Source of the DNA: the human T2T-CHM13v2.0 reference genome, Homo sapiens
Assembly (NCBI RefSeq): GCF_009914755.1
Contig: NC_060947.1
Direction: 5' to 3' (one strand)
Length of the DNA stretch: 64,000 bases
In this document: one piece after another, positions 59,627-64,000 of the stretch
Position numbering within the stretch: position 1 is the stretch's first letter
Layout of the letters: the number at the start of each line of letters is the position of its first letter
The notes under the pieces: generated by a model
Told to the model about the DNA's origin: nothing
The model's database searches: none
What the model saw: the letters and a program-made list of their open reading frames with translations, nothing else
Made by a program: the position numbers and the translations under genes

Positions 59627-62600
59627 TCTCTCAATATACCCGTGATACGTATATTTCATACATAACAAGGTTAAGGACATGCGCACATTCTATGTAAAAC
59701 AGAGGCAGAACCATGGCTAAAACACCTAGCCCAGCAATCAACTCATTATCCCTGAGAAGTGGGGATAGGGGAGGGGAAGAGTCACAGGCTGTTCACCAAC
59801 ACCTGGAAAATCCATGACTTCATTGAGAATGAATGACTCTGGGGGGATTCAGATAATGAAGTAATGAAAAGAAAGCCTTTTTTCCCCCCCAAAGGATCAT
59901 GTTTCTCAGTTATCAGCAGGCAGTTGTGGGTTGTTTTCTTCTATTTCTTCCAGCAGCTTATCGAGTTCAACATTAAAGTCATCTATTTTCAACCTGAGTG
60001 TCTGGAGGGTGCAATTTGGATGTGTCAAGGTTTCAAACAGCATCTTTACTCCACTAGACCCCAAGGGATTCTGGCTCAGGTCCAGAACGACGAGGCTGTG
60101 GTTGCAGCTGAGCACAGAGCAGAGGTCCTCACAACTGAACAGAGGGATGGAACACCCCCACAACCACAGACATCTCAAGTTACACAGTGGTTTCTTCAAA
60201 GCCTCACATAGGAGCTTCACTCCAGTAACTCCTATGTGATTCAGTCCCAGATCCAAGCACATTAGGCTTGATTTTTCTTGGAGAAGCTCTGCGAGATAAC
60301 AGCAGCCATTGCTAGTTATGTCGCAGTCCCACAGCACCAGGGTCTGTAGTTTACAATGGGGGTAACTCAAACCCTTACACAGAAACATCACCCATGTATC
60401 CCCGAGTGGGGGGTTCTTGGCCAAGCACAGGTGTGTCAGCTCCCCGCTGACAACCAAAACAGCAGCAAAGTTCTTGCAATTGCCTTCTATAAAGTGACAG
60501 TTTTCCAACAACAACCTCGGCAGGAAGCATTTTGGGTGTCTCAAAGTTGTGTACAGCAACTTGGCACCCTCATCCAAGAGCTCATTGTGAGAGAGGTTTA
60601 CACATGTCAGGGACTGGTTGACTTCAAGGGCCAAGGAGAGATCAGCCCATTGCTAAGTGGTGGTGGAAAAAGACACCAACCCGAGATATTGCAGGTTACA
60701 TTTTGAGTGTCTCAAGACCTTACACAATGCAGGAAGCATATCATTCTGGTCATTGCCTTGAAGGGTCAGATATCTTACAGTCTTGTGACCTCAAAGAGCT
60801 AGGCAGAGGTTCCGATAAGCATCAGCTGGTGAAATGTTTTTGAACATCACTCTCTGGAGACGACAGGTGTCAGAAGCTATTTGTTCACACAGGATCCTTA
60901 CTAATGTGGCACCAAGAAAGCTATTATTGATTTCTAGAATGATCAGATCCTTATTTGAGCCAAATATGGAACAAAGGTCGGTCCAGAAAGGAAGCATGTG
61001 TTGATCATCCTGGGATCTCTCAACTTCAGCATCTGATTCAGACACAGTGACATTCTCTGGGAGCTTTGCCTTTGCTGCCTGCAGTGGCATTTTCTGCAAG
61101 TTTCGACAATGCTTGAGGCAGATTGAAAACAGCATAATGTCTACTGCATTTAAGTGCAGGGATATTTCTTTGAACGGAGCCATCACTCCCTTCACCAGCT
61201 CCTCCTCCTGAGACTCGTACAGACAGCACAAGAGCTCCTTCGGGTTCATCATTGTTGAGTGTCCAACCTTTTCACAATTTATCTCTCATCACAGTAATTC
61301 CTTTTTGATCTCCGGTGACATCAGGCAGCCCAAAGTGGTCTCCAACTCCTTGGCTTTCTTCTCGTTGGCGAAGCCGAATAAGAAGTGTCTTGCTTGGATC
61401 AGGTCGGGGTTCTTGAGTCTTTCTTCTCTAGAAAACAGCTTCTGCACGTCTCCATTGTCCCAGGCGTGGCCGTCCTTGTCCTCCTCCTCCTCCTCCTCCT
61501 CCTTCTCCAGGGCGTGGAACAGCACAGTGAAAAACTGCTGGAAGCTGAGGTGGATGTAGGAATAGCAGCCTTTAGAGACTATGTCCTGGCGGAGGATGTC
61601 TCTGTCCAGGGACGGGCGGATGTTGAACTCCTGCACCCCGAGCCTCGCCAAGTCCTCTCCACGGAACACTGACATCTGCGCCCACAGGCCCTGTGCCGCC
61701 AGGAGGCTCAGCGCCCGCAGCACGCCCCAGAGCTGTGCGCCCTGCGGGAACCGGCCGCAAAGGAAGCGCAGGAACAGCCCCGTGCGGGTGGGGCGGGTCC
61801 TTCCCCTTCTAACCTCTGCAGCTTCAGACTCATGCACATGATCCAGCACACCATGGGTGCCGAGACAGGCTGGAACAGGGCCGCGTTTCTTCTCATCAGC
61901 TCAAAGGCACACATGGCTTGGTCCTCGTCTCCAAAGTGTCTCAGGAAATATGCCCTCCTGTCCTTCTCCAGGAACTCCTCCACCCTTACATAGATCGGCC
62001 GCTCCACCAACAGCCGGAGGTCTCTCAGGGCCCGCAGGCCACGTGGTGACCAGCACGGCGGCCCTGGGTAAAATCTTCCTCTTCAGTAACCTCCCCAAGA
62101 AGACCGGCACCGGCTTCTGCTTCTCCCAGTCCCCACAGATGTCCTAGATCAGTGCCCCAGGTGGGGCTCCCAGCTCATCAAAGCCGTCGACCACGAACAG
62201 GATTTTCTGTGCTTGGGCTAGGATGTTTGGAATGTCATCCTGCAATTCAGGCCAGTTCCTGAAGACCAGCTCTGCAAAACTGCACGGGCCCAGGCAGATG
62301 AGCTCCTTGCAGGTGAGGTAGAAAGCCTATCTAAATTTCTGGCTGAGGTTGTCCTCTGCCCAGTCCAGCATTAATTTCTTGGCCAGCGTGGTTTTCCCAA
62401 GGCCCGCAGGACCATGCAGCACCACCGTGTGTGGGCAGGGCCCGGGAAGCACCCTGGGGTTGCTGAACGGGATCAGCATCTTGTATCTCTGAGCCATAAT
62501 ATGGACCACTTTGAGGTCTCCAGGCCAGGTTTTCCACATTTGCCAGAACTTCGTCTTCAATATACTCCTGTACCTATCCTCTTTACCTGGCTTTTCTCCT

Positions 62601-62907
62601 TTCAAGACTTCTTTAGCTTCTCTTAGGCTGGTGACATCTTCCTCCGTTTCTATAAACTCTAGTGCTTCTGCTTCGAAACGCCCCAGCATTTGTTTCAGGT
62701 CTATAGGTTTTGGCTCTTCTTTCCCTGTTTTCCCTAATGATACAGGCTTGATTTCAAAGTGTCTTCTCTGAGTTCATCCTTTACTTTCTCAGACAGATCC
62801 GCTCGGTGCATCTTTTCAAAGACCTGGATGGTCTCTATCTTCATCCAGTAGCTGTGGCAATGGCTGGTGATGATTTCTGCCAGTTGCTTCCCATCAGCCT
62901 TGTCTAC

Positions 62908-63045
62908 CTATGTCTGGGGGATCTTTTGCAGCTCATTTCCCAGGGAGACGGTCCTGATCAGAGACTTGAACTTGCACAAGTCATCCTGGCTGAGCTGTCC
63001 CAGAAGAGCCTGCAGGTTGAAGTCCAGCTGTGCAGAAGACACCAT
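62908..63045 (-). CDS. NLRP2B: Pyrin-only protein 4 (POP4/NLRP2B), 45 aa truncated pyrin domain
   Basis: Manual translation: ATG 63045 (context GAGATGG) MVSSAQLDFNLQALLGQLSQDDLCKFKSLIRTVSLGNELQKIPQT, then TAG at 62910-62908. Matches my recollection of the 45-aa NLRP2B product, reported to inhibit NF-kB. Below the ORF-track length cutoff. Confidence 0.85.
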   Translation of the reverse strand: MVSSAQLDFNLQALLGQLSQDDLCKFKSLIRTVSLGNELQKIPQT

Positions 63046-63189
63046 CTCGTCTGACGTGGGAACTCTGATGAGAATTAAGGGAGGAATGGAAAGGGATGGT
63101 GAGTCAGCAATCCTGTCTCAACCGAGTCCCCTCTGTGCCATGAACAAGGATACTCTCACCATCTACCTTGCTTCTTCAAGAACAAATTC

Positions 63190-63385
63190 CCAGCCTGGGC
63201 AACATAGTGAGATCTCTATCTCCATAAAAAATAAGTTAGCAGAGGGTGGTGGTGTGCACCCACAGTCCCAGCCACCCAAGAGGCTGAGACGAGAGGATGG
63301 CTTGAGCCTGGGAGGTTGACGCTTCAGTGAGTCTTGATTGTGCCACTGCACTCCCATCTGGGCAACAGAGAGAGACCTCATCTCA
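63190..63385 (+). mobile_element. Partial AluJ-like SINE (5'-truncated, no tail)
   Basis: CCAGCCTGGGCAACATAGTGAGA...GAGGATGGCTTGAGCCTGGGAGG...GACCTCATCTCA. Confidence 0.85.
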
Positions 63386-63386
63386 C

Positions 63387-63693
<307 letters not shown>

Positions 63694-63822
63694 TTTATAA
63701 ATTAACAGATAACATAATTGCAATAAAAAATAAAGAATAGCTCAGCAAGTACACATGGCAGTGACAATGGACAAAAAGTTACCACCTGACACTTTACATA
63801 GATTGGATTACAAATAATATAG

Positions 63823-64000
<178 letters not shown>

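Larger units (their letters stand above)
59564..63064 (-). pseudogene. NLRP2B: Processed retrocopy of NLRP2 (PYD-NACHT-LRR), frame-disrupted; the NLRP2B/NLRP2P locus
   Basis: Intronless PYD, NACHT (Walker [10 protein letters not shown] at 62387-62413, Walker B ILFVVDGFDEL near 62175-62205) and LRRs ending in the NLRP2-type LKIDDFNVELDKLLEEIEENNPQL. 3'UTR, AATAAA at 59621-59626 and genomic poly(A) at 59564-59605. Multiple stops and frameshifts. Confidence 0.95.

Noticed and set aside
59906-60634. 242-aa LRR ORF as a stand-alone LRR protein
   Set aside because: Starts at TTG, has a frameshifted end and lies far downstream of several stops. Most simply an undisrupted stretch of the retrocopy; no evidence for independent translation.

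Overview
Primate, almost certainly human, AT-rich genomic DNA made almost entirely of transposable elements. It ends in a minus-strand retrocopy of NLRP2 whose first 45 codons read MVSSAQLDFNLQALLGQLSQDDLCKFKSLIRTVSLGNELQKIPQT*, the NLRP2B/NLRP2P 'POP4' peptide. This ORF is too short for the supplied ORF track and suggests the window is on human Xp11. The window is deeply nested. One old minus-strand MER4-group ERV internal sequence is split over about 57 kb by: (i) three full-length, same-strand L1s inserted one inside another (L1PA8-like > L1PA4-like > L1PA2-like, each with a recognisable TSD); (ii) an L1MA2-like element carrying a complete THE1 provirus and an AluJ; (iii) solo LTRs; (iv) a decayed gag-pro-pol-env provirus with MER4B-like LTRs (32811-59207), which itself hosts two non-autonomous proviruses, an L1PA10-like element, a MER11 LTR and Alus; (v) the NLRP2 retrocopy. 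I see no evidence for a wholly new biological system. The best leads are: a complete pyrin-only ORF hidden behind one stop codon; an apparently retained intron at the retrocopy's 5' end; a probable 5' transduction on the outer L1; self-templated L1 insertions with a snap-back hairpin; and tRNA-Glu relics inside ERV internal regions. Subfamily names come from remembered consensus features and need RepeatMasker/Dfam confirmation.
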